Source: a virus (Duplodnaviria > Caudoviricetes). Taken from it: a stretch of 64,000 nt of DNA. Within the stretch, counting starts at the first letter, position 1, and each line of letters opens with the position of its first letter. The notes beneath the pieces were generated by a model. That model saw nothing but the letters and a program-made list of their open reading frames with translations, searched no databases and had not been told where the DNA came from. Below are positions 53,491 through 61,951 of this stretch, piece by piece. The stretch is taken from positions 1-64,000 of IMG/VR virus record IMGVR_UViG_3300012662_000198, one strand, 5' to 3'. A program made the translations under genes and the position numbers.

Positions 53491-56088
53491 TCAGTCGTTT
53501 TTGCGACGGATTGAACGCTCCACTCCGACGAAGCCGACGCCCATCATCAGCGCGACGATGGACACTGCGGCGACATCAGCCACGTCAACACCAGTGGTGG
53601 CGAGATTGTCATCGGCGACGGTGACGGTCTTCTTGGCGGCGTCCACCTTGTAGGTAGTGGTCTTGTTCGCCTTCTTATCAGCCGCTTCGACCGTGGACTC
53701 ATTCTTCTTGGAAGAATCGTCAATGACCGTGCCGGTGGAACCGCCGTTATTGGACGGATTGGTCTTGCCCGGGGTGTCCTCCGGGGTGGACGGCGTATCA
53801 GGCGTATCGGGCGTGTCAGGCACGCCAAACCCCGGGTCGGGATTCTCGCCATTGCTAGGCTTGGACACGATACCTTCGAGGGCGTTCTTCGCATCCGTGA
53901 GAGCGGCTTCGGTCCGCTTCTTATCAGCCTTGGCCTGTTCGAGCTTTGCGGTCGCGTCAGCCAGCGTCTTATCGGCCTTCGCCTTGGCGGTCTTGGCCTT
54001 ATTGAAGTTGGCCTGAGCGGTCTTCTGCTCGTCCTGCGCCGTGGACAATGCCTTTCCCGCCTCCGCGAGCTTCCTCTGCGCTTCCGCCAGCTTCGCGTTC
54101 GCGTCGGTATAGCCGTCGAGCTTGGACTGCGCCCGCTCGACCTGCCTCTTGGCCGCGTCAACTGCGCCCTGAGCCTTGTCCACGTCCGACTGGGCGGTCT
54201 TCACCTGCCGGTTCGCCTTGTCAAGTTCGCCCTGCGCGGTCTTGGTCGCGGACTGCTTCTGCTCATACACGGACTGTTTGGCATCAGCCTCATCCTTTGC
54301 CTGAGCGTAAACCTTGTCAGCGGTTTTGCCCGCGCCGACTGCGGTATTGTACGCGTCGAGAGCCTTCCGGTAGGCTTCGTCCTTGGCCTTGGCGGTCTTC
54401 GCGGCTTCGTCGGCGGTCTGCTGTGCGCTCCGGGCACGCTCCTGAAGGTCCGCAAGCTCCTTCTGCGCCTGCTGTGCGGCCTTCTTCGCCTCGTTCGCCT
54501 TGTCGAGAGCCTGCTGGTACGCGTCGGAAGCCGAATCCAAAGCGTTCTTGTAGGAGAGAATCTGCTGACGGTAGTCGTTCACGGAAACGCCACTGGTGTA
54601 CAGGTATTTCTGGCTGAAGTTCTGGGCGGCTGTCAGAGAACCCGTGATGGCAAAACCGGTGGTGTCGCAGTCCGGGTCGATGATATTCAGATAATGTCCG
54701 GTCTGCTCGTAGATGTCCGGATATTTCATGTAGATTTCCACGGCGGTCATGTTGCGCAGTTCCGGATTCTTCTCCGCATACTGGTCGAACACGGCCTTCT
54801 CTTCCGTATACCATCCGTCATACGGATTGTCGTACCCCCAAGCGAGATTCTGGGAGGTTCCGGTGAACACGTGCCCCGTGTTCTGAGAGTACGTGTTGTA
54901 GTCGGCGGCAAGCTGGGCGGTGGCGGAGTCCATATCGTTGACGGTCCACTCCGGCAGTCCGAGACTGCGACGAATCTCATTGCCCTTGTCAATCATGTCG
55001 AGGGCGTCGAGCATGTTCTGCAAGCTGGTCGCGGAATTCTCGTCACCAATCTTCACCCAATCCTCGTTCCGGTATTTGACGAGCTGGTCGAGAGCTGACT
55101 GGGTGTCCTCGTTCGCATAATCGGATGTGAGCTTCCACTGGTAGAAGCCGATGGAGCCGGAGGCGAGCTGCTTGTCCGCATTGTCGGCGGCGGTCTTCTT
55201 CGAATCCGCGTCGGCCTGCGCGGCATTGGCGGCAGTGGTCTTAGCGTCCACGTCCTTCTGCTTCGCGTCGATGCCGCTCTTTGCGTCCGAAGCGTTCTTG
55301 TCGGCGGTGGTCTTCGCGGTGTCGGCGTCATTCTTAGCGGCCAACGCGGCTTCCAGTTCGGCTCGAAGCTGGTCGATGGTTTTCTGGGATTCGTCGGCGT
55401 TCGCCTTCGCGTCTGAGGCGGTCTTGTCGGCCTTGTCCTTGTCAGCCTTGGCTGAAGCCTCGTCGTTCTTAGCGGCGGTCAGACTGTCGGCTTTCTTCTG
55501 GGCGTCCTGCTGTGCCTGCTTGACCTGCTGGTTGGCGGATTCCAACTGCTTGGCGGTCTGGTCGAGCTGCTGTTTCGCGTCGGAAAGCGCCTGCTGGGCT
55601 TTCTTCTGGTTTTCCGGATTGGTGGCTTCACTGGCGTTCTGCTGGGCCTGACTCAGATTCTCCTGCGCCTGATTCACCTTGTTTTGAGCGTTCTGAACCT
55701 GCTGGTTAGCGGAGTCCAACGTGGTCTGGGCGTTGTTCACTTGAGTCTGGGTCTGGTTGACTGTGGTCTGAGCGTTGTCAACGTTGGTCTGGGCCTGATT
55801 CAGATTGGCCTGAGCTTGGTTGTCTTTGGTTTGGGCTTCATCCACCTTGGCCTTTGCGTCGGCCTTGGGGTCTGCCTGAACCGTGGTATCAACGTTTGGC
55901 GTTGCGGCAATCTGAGTGGCTTGGGCTACAGTGTCTTGGGTCTGCTTGACTGCGGCCTGAGCCTGTTCGATTGTGCCATTCACATCTGGCTGAATGTTGT
56001 TGACGTCATCCGCGAACGCGGTGGCTGGTGCGGCGAGGGTTGCCGCGGCCACTGTGGTGGCGATGAGCGTCTTCTTGACGTTTACCAA
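53491..56088 (-). CDS. Coiled-coil CAP/SCP-domain surface protein (PrgA/Sec10 surface-exclusion-like)
   Basis: Signal peptide; long A/Q/K coiled coils flanking N..R...GL, GH..QNLAWG and GHY.NI; LATTG anchor. Confidence 0.75.
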   Translation of the reverse strand: MVNVKKTLIATTVAAATLAAPATAFADDVNNIQPDVNGTIEQAQAAVKQTQDTVAQATQIAATPNVDTTVQADPKADAKAKVDEAQTKDNQAQANLNQAQTNVDNAQTTVNQTQTQVNNAQTTLDSANQQVQNAQNKVNQAQENLSQAQQNASEATNPENQKKAQQALSDAKQQLDQTAKQLESANQQVKQAQQDAQKKADSLTAAKNDEASAKADKDKADKTASDAKANADESQKTIDQLRAELEAALAAKNDADTAKTTADKNASDAKSGIDAKQKDVDAKTTAANAAQADADSKKTAADNADKQLASGSIGFYQWKLTSDYANEDTQSALDQLVKYRNEDWVKIGDENSATSLQNMLDALDMIDKGNEIRRSLGLPEWTVNDMDSATAQLAADYNTYSQNTGHVFTGTSQNLAWGYDNPYDGWYTEEKAVFDQYAEKNPELRNMTAVEIYMKYPDIYEQTGHYLNIIDPDCDTTGFAITGSLTAAQNFSQKYLYTSGVSVNDYRQQILSYKNALDSASDAYQQALDKANEAKKAAQQAQKELADLQERARSAQQTADEAAKTAKAKDEAYRKALDAYNTAVGAGKTADKVYAQAKDEADAKQSVYEQKQSATKTAQGELDKANRQVKTAQSDVDKAQGAVDAAKRQVERAQSKLDGYTDANAKLAEAQRKLAEAGKALSTAQDEQKTAQANFNKAKTAKAKADKTLADATAKLEQAKADKKRTEAALTDAKNALEGIVSKPSNGENPDPGFGVPDTPDTPDTPSTPEDTPGKTNPSNNGGSTGTVIDDSSKKNESTVEAADKKANKTTTYKVDAAKKTVTVADDNLATTGVDVADVAAVSIVALMMGVGFVGVERSIRRKND

Positions 56089-56199
56089 GTTTTTCTCCTT
56101 TGTCTGATTTCTTTTTCCACGTGTGGTGTGGCTTATATTATACCCCCTTGTTGGAGAGGGTTTCCACCTCGCATAGGAAAACCCAAACGAGAGGAAAAG

Positions 56200-56273
56200 C
56201 GCCTTGGATGGGATTCGAACCCACAACCATCCACTTAGAGGGAGGACGCCCTATCCGATTGGGCCACCAAGGC
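56200..56273 (-). tRNA. tRNA-Arg(UCU), no encoded CCA
   Basis: GCCTTGG/CCAAGGC acceptor stem; GCCC/GGGC D-stem; anticodon loop CCTCTAA; GTGGGTTCGAATCCCAT T-arm. Confidence 0.93.
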
Positions 56274-56305
56274 AATTCCCTAATGATTTAGGGAGGAGTG
56301 AAAAA

Positions 56306-56782
56306 TCAGAACATGTCACGTTCTAAAGAAGCGAGCGTCCTGCTGGTCTGGTTCAAATCCCAGAATTCACGTTCGAACTTTTCAGCCAGTTCCATGACCT
56401 GTTCGACCTTTTTGACAAGAAGCTCGGCGGAAGTCCTCACTCCCTTGAAAGTGGTGATAATCTCACCATCCCTGTACATGGGAATTCGTGCCGTTTCGGC
56501 GGGAATACCGGCGGCGCTTCCATTGTCAGCCGCGTATTGCAAAGAAAGGTCGTAAGTGAGGGCGAAGGTCGCGTTCTTAACGTAGCCCTCTTCCTCCACT
56601 GCGTTGATGGTCATCTTCCAAGAGCGGGGGAAGGGACGTTCGGGATTGCAAACGTGGACTTTGGTCCATACGTTCCCGCCTTTTTTGGTGTTCTTGGTGA
56701 AGTCGGGCAGATATTCGGTCATGTTCTGTTCGAATTCCTCGATGGTGGTCTGCTTGTTCATTTTGGCTCCTTTTTTCGTCAT
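56306..56782 (-). CDS. Hypothetical protein
   Basis: Downstream of motif promoter 56790-56811; RBS aaggag before ATG 56761. Confidence 0.7.
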   Translation of the reverse strand: MTKKGAKMNKQTTIEEFEQNMTEYLPDFTKNTKKGGNVWTKVHVCNPERPFPRSWKMTINAVEEEGYVKNATFALTYDLSLQYAADNGSAAGIPAETARIPMYRDGEIITTFKGVRTSAELLVKKVEQVMELAEKFEREFWDLNQTSRTLASLERDMF

Positions 56783-56977
56783 GTCTTTATGTGAACAATC
56801 TCAGTATAACACATGCTGTGGAGTGGGTCAATCCAACGAAGCCAACTCCATCTCAATCCCAGCCAACTCCTCCAACAAACGCTTACGACGAGCCACCAGC
56901 AGACTCTTCCTACGAGCACCCGCGAACACAGGATGCCTTTTCTTGGTCTGTTTGCATGAACGATTCAAGTATGCCTC

Positions 56978-57027
56978 TTATGTGTTGCGCCGTAAAACCT
57001 CCGACTTTAGTCGGGGGAGAAAGTCAA
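56978..57027 (+). mobile_element. 50-bp single-hairpin IS605 mini-element (left-end-like 5' half, right-end 3' half with TCAA)
   Basis: ttatgtgttgcgccgtaaaacctccgactttagtcgggggagaaagTCAA; related to 40652-40688 and to the right end at 1241-1271. Confidence 0.7.
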
Positions 57028-57070
57028 TAAGACAATAATGAAAGTAGTGTGTCGCATGGTTTGAATATTG

Positions 57071-57092
57071 AGATATACTGGATACGTCCACA
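57071..57092 (+). promoter_or_regulatory. Motif promoter upstream of tracrRNA/cas9
   Basis: TATACT-GGatac-GTCCACA. Confidence 0.7.
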
Positions 57093-57171
57093 AATAAAAA
57101 ACCAAGCGCTGTTCAAAAACGGAAACAACACGCCGAGGTTGCTAGAAGAACACTATGTGCTATAGTGGGAA

Positions 57172-57258
57172 CCACGGCAAGTTTCAATCAAGTCCGGTGA
57201 CAGACCGGAATTGACCGTAGGGCGGCGATAGGACGCAAGTCCCAATCGCCGCTTTTTT
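57172..57258 (+). ncRNA. tracrRNA
   Basis: ACGGCA-AG-TTTCAATC pairs with repeat GATTGGAA-GAC-TGCCGT (lower stem, bulge, upper stem); then AAG, a tccggt/accgga hairpin and a gcggcgat/atcgccgc terminator with T6; TGTGCTATAGT extended -10 at 57156. Confidence 0.85.
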
Positions 57259-57287
57259 CATGCAGTGCGGAAAGAGAACAACAGACC

Positions 57288-60200
57288 TTGACCGCAAAAA
57301 CCAATATCCGCTACCGCGTGGGAGCCGACGTAGGACTCAACAGCCTAGGATTCTCCGCAATCCAACTCGACGCCAACGGCAACCCGACAGCACTGCTCAA
57401 AACCCTCAGCTACATTCACGATGGCGGAGTAGACCCGACCCAAAACAAGTCCGGCACCACCCGCAAGGCCATGGCCGGAATCGCACGGCGAACCCGCAAC
57501 ATGCGCAAACGCCGCCGCCACCGTCTCAACCAGCTCGACCGTCAGCTCTACCAACTGGGCTATCCGGTGGACGGAGTGCCGGACTGCGAGCAAGACCTTT
57601 ATGAAGACTGGAACACCCGTTCCGCTTTGGCTACCACCTACATATCCGACAAAGACAGGCGTGACCGGATGATTGTCATGGCAGTCAGACATATCGCACG
57701 CCATCGCGGTTGGCGCAACTCCTACAGTCGGGTCGAAACCCTGTTCGAGGACGTGGAGCCGTCCGACCAGTACAAGGATTTGAAACAGCGAGTGGAGACC
57801 CGTCTTGGAATGAAACTGGACGATGATATGACCCCGGCGCAGCTCGTCGCATTGACACTTTCCGAACGTAACGGCAAACTGGTTCGGCTCCGCACCAGCA
57901 CCAAATACGGTGAGGGCATTCTGCCGAACCGTCTCATGCAGTCCGACAATGCGCGTGAACTCCGACGCATCTTCACCGTCCAGCAAGTACCCGAAGAGGT
58001 TTGGAAACCCATCCTGCGTACCGTGTTCCATTGCGCATCCCCCAAGGGTTCCGCCGAAAAACGCGTGGGAACAGACCCGCTCGACCAAACCCAGAAGAGA
58101 GCGTTGAAGGCCAGTCTCGCCTTCCAGAAGTATCGTATCCTCAATATCATCACCAACCTACGTATCCGACGCAAAGGCGAAGCATCCCGACCGTTGACCG
58201 TCAGTGAGAAACAGGATGTGTACGAACTGCTCACCACTGCCAAGGAAGACTTGGAATGGTTGGACGTGTGCGCCATTCTCGGCATCGAACGAAACGAACT
58301 CAAAGGCGTCGGCACCCTCACCCATGACGGGGAGGAGCGCATCGGCAACAAGCCGCCAGTATTGGACACCGTAATCCGAATCCACGGCATCAAAAACACC
58401 AAACTCCGCAAGATGATGGACATATGGTGGAACGCCGCCACCGAGGACGAACAGTCCGCGATGGTTCGACTACTGTCCAACACGGTTGACTTGGACAAGG
58501 TGCGCGACCTCATCGAATACGCCTCCCCCATCGAATTCATCGACGGGTTGGACGAAGACCTGCTCACCCCATTGGACTCCATCAGCCTTCCAGTCGGACG
58601 TGCCGCCTACTCCGAAAAGACACTCGACCGACTGTCCAAGCGCATGTTGGAAACGGAAGACGATTTGCATTATGCGATTCGCCACGAATTCGACGTGCCA
58701 GCCGACTGGAAGCCTCCGGTTCCACCCGTTCAGGAGCCGACCGGCAACCCAGCCGTAGACCGCGTGCTCAAAGCGTTCAACCGTTTCCTCAGCCAATGCG
58801 AACAACAGTGGGGCACGCCCGAAAGCGTCAACATCGAAACCACAAAGGAATCGTTCTCAAGTATCGCGTTCGGACGTACGCTTGACTTCGAGCGTCGCAA
58901 ACGCCGCGACAAAGACAATCAAGTCCGCGCCGCAATCCGCGAAGACATGAGGAAGCAACTGTCAAACGGTGGAAGCCTCAAAGTCCACGACTATGATGTG
59001 CGCCGTTGGGAAATCGTGCAATCGCAGAACAACACATGCCTGTACTGCGGGGCGACCAGTCCACGGTTCAGTTTCGACAAGTCGGAACTCGACCACATCG
59101 TACCCCGACGCGGTGTCGGCTCGGACAGCAAACGCACCAACATGGCGGCTGTATGCCCCGAGTGCAATGCCAACAAGTCGAACATTCCGTTCGCCGTTTG
59201 GGTAGGTTCGGAGTATGCGAAACAGCATGGCATCACCATGGAGGCCGTCACCGCCCGAGTGAACCAGTTGATGTTCCCCCAGTCCATGACCCGCAAACAG
59301 GTTGGTCAGGTGAAGAAAACCATCATCAGCCGACTCAAGCAGACCGAACGAGACGAGCCACTGGACAACCGTTCCATCGAATCGGTTGGCTGGATGGCCG
59401 ACGAACTCCACCGCCGACTCGACGGACGTTACGCCAGTAAAGACGTGGACGTAAACACATTCCCCGGCTCCATCACCTATGAGGCACGACGCGCGTCCGG
59501 TATCGACGGACGAATCCACTTCATCGGCGCACAATACAAGACCCGACTCGACCGCCGTCACCATGCGGTAGACGCCTCGGTCATCGCCATGATGAACCAG
59601 AACACCGCACTCCGATTGGCCGAACGCCACTATCTACGCGAATCCCAACGCCTGTGCGGAACCCCGTTCGGACAAACGGACTGGAAACAGTATCCAAACG
59701 AGAACACCCCCGGCTACGTCCGATACCGGCAATGGATTGAACAGATGAAAAGTCTGCTCCACCTGTTGAACAAGGCCTTGGACGAGGATACCATTCCGGT
59801 CGTTCGGAGCCGCCGCCTCCGCTTGGGCAACAGTACCGCGCATGATGCGACGGTGAAACCGTTGCAATACGCGCGACTGGGAGACGCGCTCTCCCCCACG
59901 CTCATTGACCATGCCATCACACCGCAGGTATGGAAGGCGTTGACCCGACTGCCGGACTACAATCCTCAGACCGGTCTGCCCGCCAATCCGAACCGTGTCA
60001 TCACGGCCTTGGGTGAGGTATGCCATGCGAAGGACGAAATCGGCTTCCTACCCGGCAACAACGCGCAACTGTATGTCAACGGTGGTGCCGCCGACATTGG
60101 CGGAACCATCCATCATGCCCGTATCTACCGTTGCGAACAGGTGTTGAAGAACGGAAAACGCAAGACGTTCTACGGCATGGTGCGCGTGTTCCAATGCGAT

Positions 60201-60614
60201 TTGATGAAACGCAAGAAGAACACCGACCTGTTCCGCACCCCGTTGTATCCCGCCGACGTATCACTCCGTTATGCGGACGGCAAAGTCAGGGAGGCTATCG
60301 CACTTGGTAATGCGACTTGCGTGGCACGACTCACCCTTAATGATGAAATCAAGTTGACTTCGGAACTCATGGAGGATATGTGCCCTGAGTACGCTCACAT
60401 GTTCCATACGGATTCCGGTGTTGAACGACGATTCATCGTGGCCGGTTTCCCCTCCCCTACCCAGTTCAGACTAGTTCCCTCAGTCATATCAAGCGAGGGA
60501 ATACCAAAGCTCGCAGAACATGGATTTAACATTCCAACTTCGGTGCAGTCAATGCTGGTGCTTCACAAGTTCCGTCCTGCGGTAGGTAAAACGGGACAAG
60601 TCCTAGAGGACTAA
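57288..60614 (+). CDS. cas9: Type II-C Cas9 (1108 aa, actinobacterial)
   Basis: RuvC-I VGADVG; Arg-rich bridge helix RRTRNMRKRRRHR; RuvC-II NIET; HNH ELDHIVP...N...C..CN..K; RuvC-III RHHAVDA. Confidence 0.97.
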   Translation: MTAKTNIRYRVGADVGLNSLGFSAIQLDANGNPTALLKTLSYIHDGGVDPTQNKSGTTRKAMAGIARRTRNMRKRRRHRLNQLDRQLYQLGYPVDGVPDCEQDLYEDWNTRSALATTYISDKDRRDRMIVMAVRHIARHRGWRNSYSRVETLFEDVEPSDQYKDLKQRVETRLGMKLDDDMTPAQLVALTLSERNGKLVRLRTSTKYGEGILPNRLMQSDNARELRRIFTVQQVPEEVWKPILRTVFHCASPKGSAEKRVGTDPLDQTQKRALKASLAFQKYRILNIITNLRIRRKGEASRPLTVSEKQDVYELLTTAKEDLEWLDVCAILGIERNELKGVGTLTHDGEERIGNKPPVLDTVIRIHGIKNTKLRKMMDIWWNAATEDEQSAMVRLLSNTVDLDKVRDLIEYASPIEFIDGLDEDLLTPLDSISLPVGRAAYSEKTLDRLSKRMLETEDDLHYAIRHEFDVPADWKPPVPPVQEPTGNPAVDRVLKAFNRFLSQCEQQWGTPESVNIETTKESFSSIAFGRTLDFERRKRRDKDNQVRAAIREDMRKQLSNGGSLKVHDYDVRRWEIVQSQNNTCLYCGATSPRFSFDKSELDHIVPRRGVGSDSKRTNMAAVCPECNANKSNIPFAVWVGSEYAKQHGITMEAVTARVNQLMFPQSMTRKQVGQVKKTIISRLKQTERDEPLDNRSIESVGWMADELHRRLDGRYASKDVDVNTFPGSITYEARRASGIDGRIHFIGAQYKTRLDRRHHAVDASVIAMMNQNTALRLAERHYLRESQRLCGTPFGQTDWKQYPNENTPGYVRYRQWIEQMKSLLHLLNKALDEDTIPVVRSRRLRLGNSTAHDATVKPLQYARLGDALSPTLIDHAITPQVWKALTRLPDYNPQTGLPANPNRVITALGEVCHAKDEIGFLPGNNAQLYVNGGAADIGGTIHHARIYRCEQVLKNGKRKTFYGMVRVFQCDLMKRKKNTDLFRTPLYPADVSLRYADGKVREAIALGNATCVARLTLNDEIKLTSELMEDMCPEYAHMFHTDSGVERRFIVAGFPSPTQFRLVPSVISSEGIPKLAEHGFNIPTSVQSMLVLHKFRPAVGKTGQVLED

Positions 60615-60623
60615 TTACCGATA

Positions 60624-60663
60624 AGCCTGCTGACAACATAAGGTTGTCAGCAGGCTCTTTTTG
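60624..60663 (+). terminator. Strong intrinsic terminator between cas9 and cas1
   Basis: 14-bp perfect stem agcctgctgacaac/gttgtcagcaggct followed by a T-run. Confidence 0.8.
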
Positions 60664-60679
60664 TATTAGGAAGGTTGAT

Positions 60680-61585
60680 ATGACAAAAGGATGGCGAGTT
60701 ATCGACTGTACTGCCATGACCGGCAAACTCACATACAAGCGCGGTCAAGTCGTAGTGGAACATCACGATTTGGAAACACGTATACCCCTAGCAGACACAG
60801 CCGTCCTGCTTCTGGGAGTCCAGACAACGGTATCAACCGCACTACTACAACAGTTGGCCGTTTTCGATGTGGAAGTACTCATCTGCCAGTGGAACGAAAT
60901 CACAATATCCGCATTGCAACCATGGAACAAACCAAACACCCGTTCCGCCGCACGACAAACCGCCCAACAGGACATGAGCATTCCCGCGAGAAAAGCAGCA
61001 TGGAAGCGGATAATACAGGCGAAGATTACAGGGCAATCGCACGTACTCGACAAACTCGACTTGGACGGAGGGGAACTCTTAAGAAGTCTCGCCGTCCAAG
61101 TCCACTCCGGCGACCCGAACAACATTGAAGGACAGGCGGCACGCGAATACTGGCATCGCATGTTTTCCGAAGAACAATTCCGCCGATTCCCCGGATATGG
61201 CGAGGGGCGCAACGCTCAACTCGATTATGCGTACACGATACTGCGTGGATTCCTGATTAAGTCCATCTGCGCGGCGGGACTCTCCCCCACCATCGGCATA
61301 CACCATCATTCAGCCAGTAATTATTTTTGTCTGGCAGACGATTTGATAGAGCCATTCCGTCCGGCCATCGACTATGGGATAAGCCAACTGCCGGACGAAC
61401 CGTTGACCCCGGAAATGAAACAGCAGATAGTGCTCGTCGTCAACAGCCAATTCAACCCGAAAGGACTGACCATCCCCTCGCTTGTGGACGAGTTCTGCGG
61501 GCAATACGCGCAATACTGCGAAGGCTGGTTGGACAAACTTCCCGTTCCAGTCTTCGGGAAAGGTGAGAAAAATGGAAAGAGATAA
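60680..61585 (+). CDS. cas1: Type II Cas1
   Basis: VDSGD..N.EG.AAR.YW, N..LDY.Y..LR, GI.HH...N.F.LADDL.EPFRP motifs. Confidence 0.97.
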   Translation: MTKGWRVIDCTAMTGKLTYKRGQVVVEHHDLETRIPLADTAVLLLGVQTTVSTALLQQLAVFDVEVLICQWNEITISALQPWNKPNTRSAARQTAQQDMSIPARKAAWKRIIQAKITGQSHVLDKLDLDGGELLRSLAVQVHSGDPNNIEGQAAREYWHRMFSEEQFRRFPGYGEGRNAQLDYAYTILRGFLIKSICAAGLSPTIGIHHHSASNYFCLADDLIEPFRPAIDYGISQLPDEPLTPEMKQQIVLVVNSQFNPKGLTIPSLVDEFCGQYAQYCEGWLDKLPVPVFGKGEKNGKR

Positions 61586-61913
61586 GGATAACGGCATGTG
61601 GACGCTGGTTATGTACGACCTACCCATTGCAACGAGAGAGGACGCTGGAGCCGCGAACAGATTCAACCACTTGTTGGCTGATTTAGGGTTCGTCCGTGTA
61701 CAGTACTCGGTCTACGCGAGATACACTCCCACCCAATCAGGTGGCAGGTCTGCCCTTAACTACATCAGGGCTGGCCTACCGCCTCACGGGAACGTGAGAG
61801 TGCTTTGCGTAACGGACATTCAATGGGCTAATTCTTTAAAATTCATCGACAAAAAACAGCAGAAGACGGACGAACAGCCGGGTCTGTTGACTCTTTTCGA
61901 CAACGACGAATAG
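61572..61913 (+). CDS. cas2: Cas2
   Basis: MW.LVMYDLP...F...L...GF...QYSVY...GNVRVL.VTD.QW. Confidence 0.96.
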   Translation: MERDKDNGMWTLVMYDLPIATREDAGAANRFNHLLADLGFVRVQYSVYARYTPTQSGGRSALNYIRAGLPPHGNVRVLCVTDIQWANSLKFIDKKQQKTDEQPGLLTLFDNDE

Positions 61914-61951
61914 CAAAAAACGTTGATATGAAGCAGTTTTCAGCTTCCTAC

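Noticed and set aside
56306-56782. Gene near cas9 as an anti-CRISPR
   Set aside because: No recognisable Acr or Aca similarity; proximity alone is insufficient.
57086-57173. Natural single-guide (tracr-L) fold targeting the cas9 promoter
   Set aside because: Only a 5-bp repeat mimic (GGTTG) could pair with the anti-repeat, and I found no clear promoter-matching guide; kept only as a testable idea.
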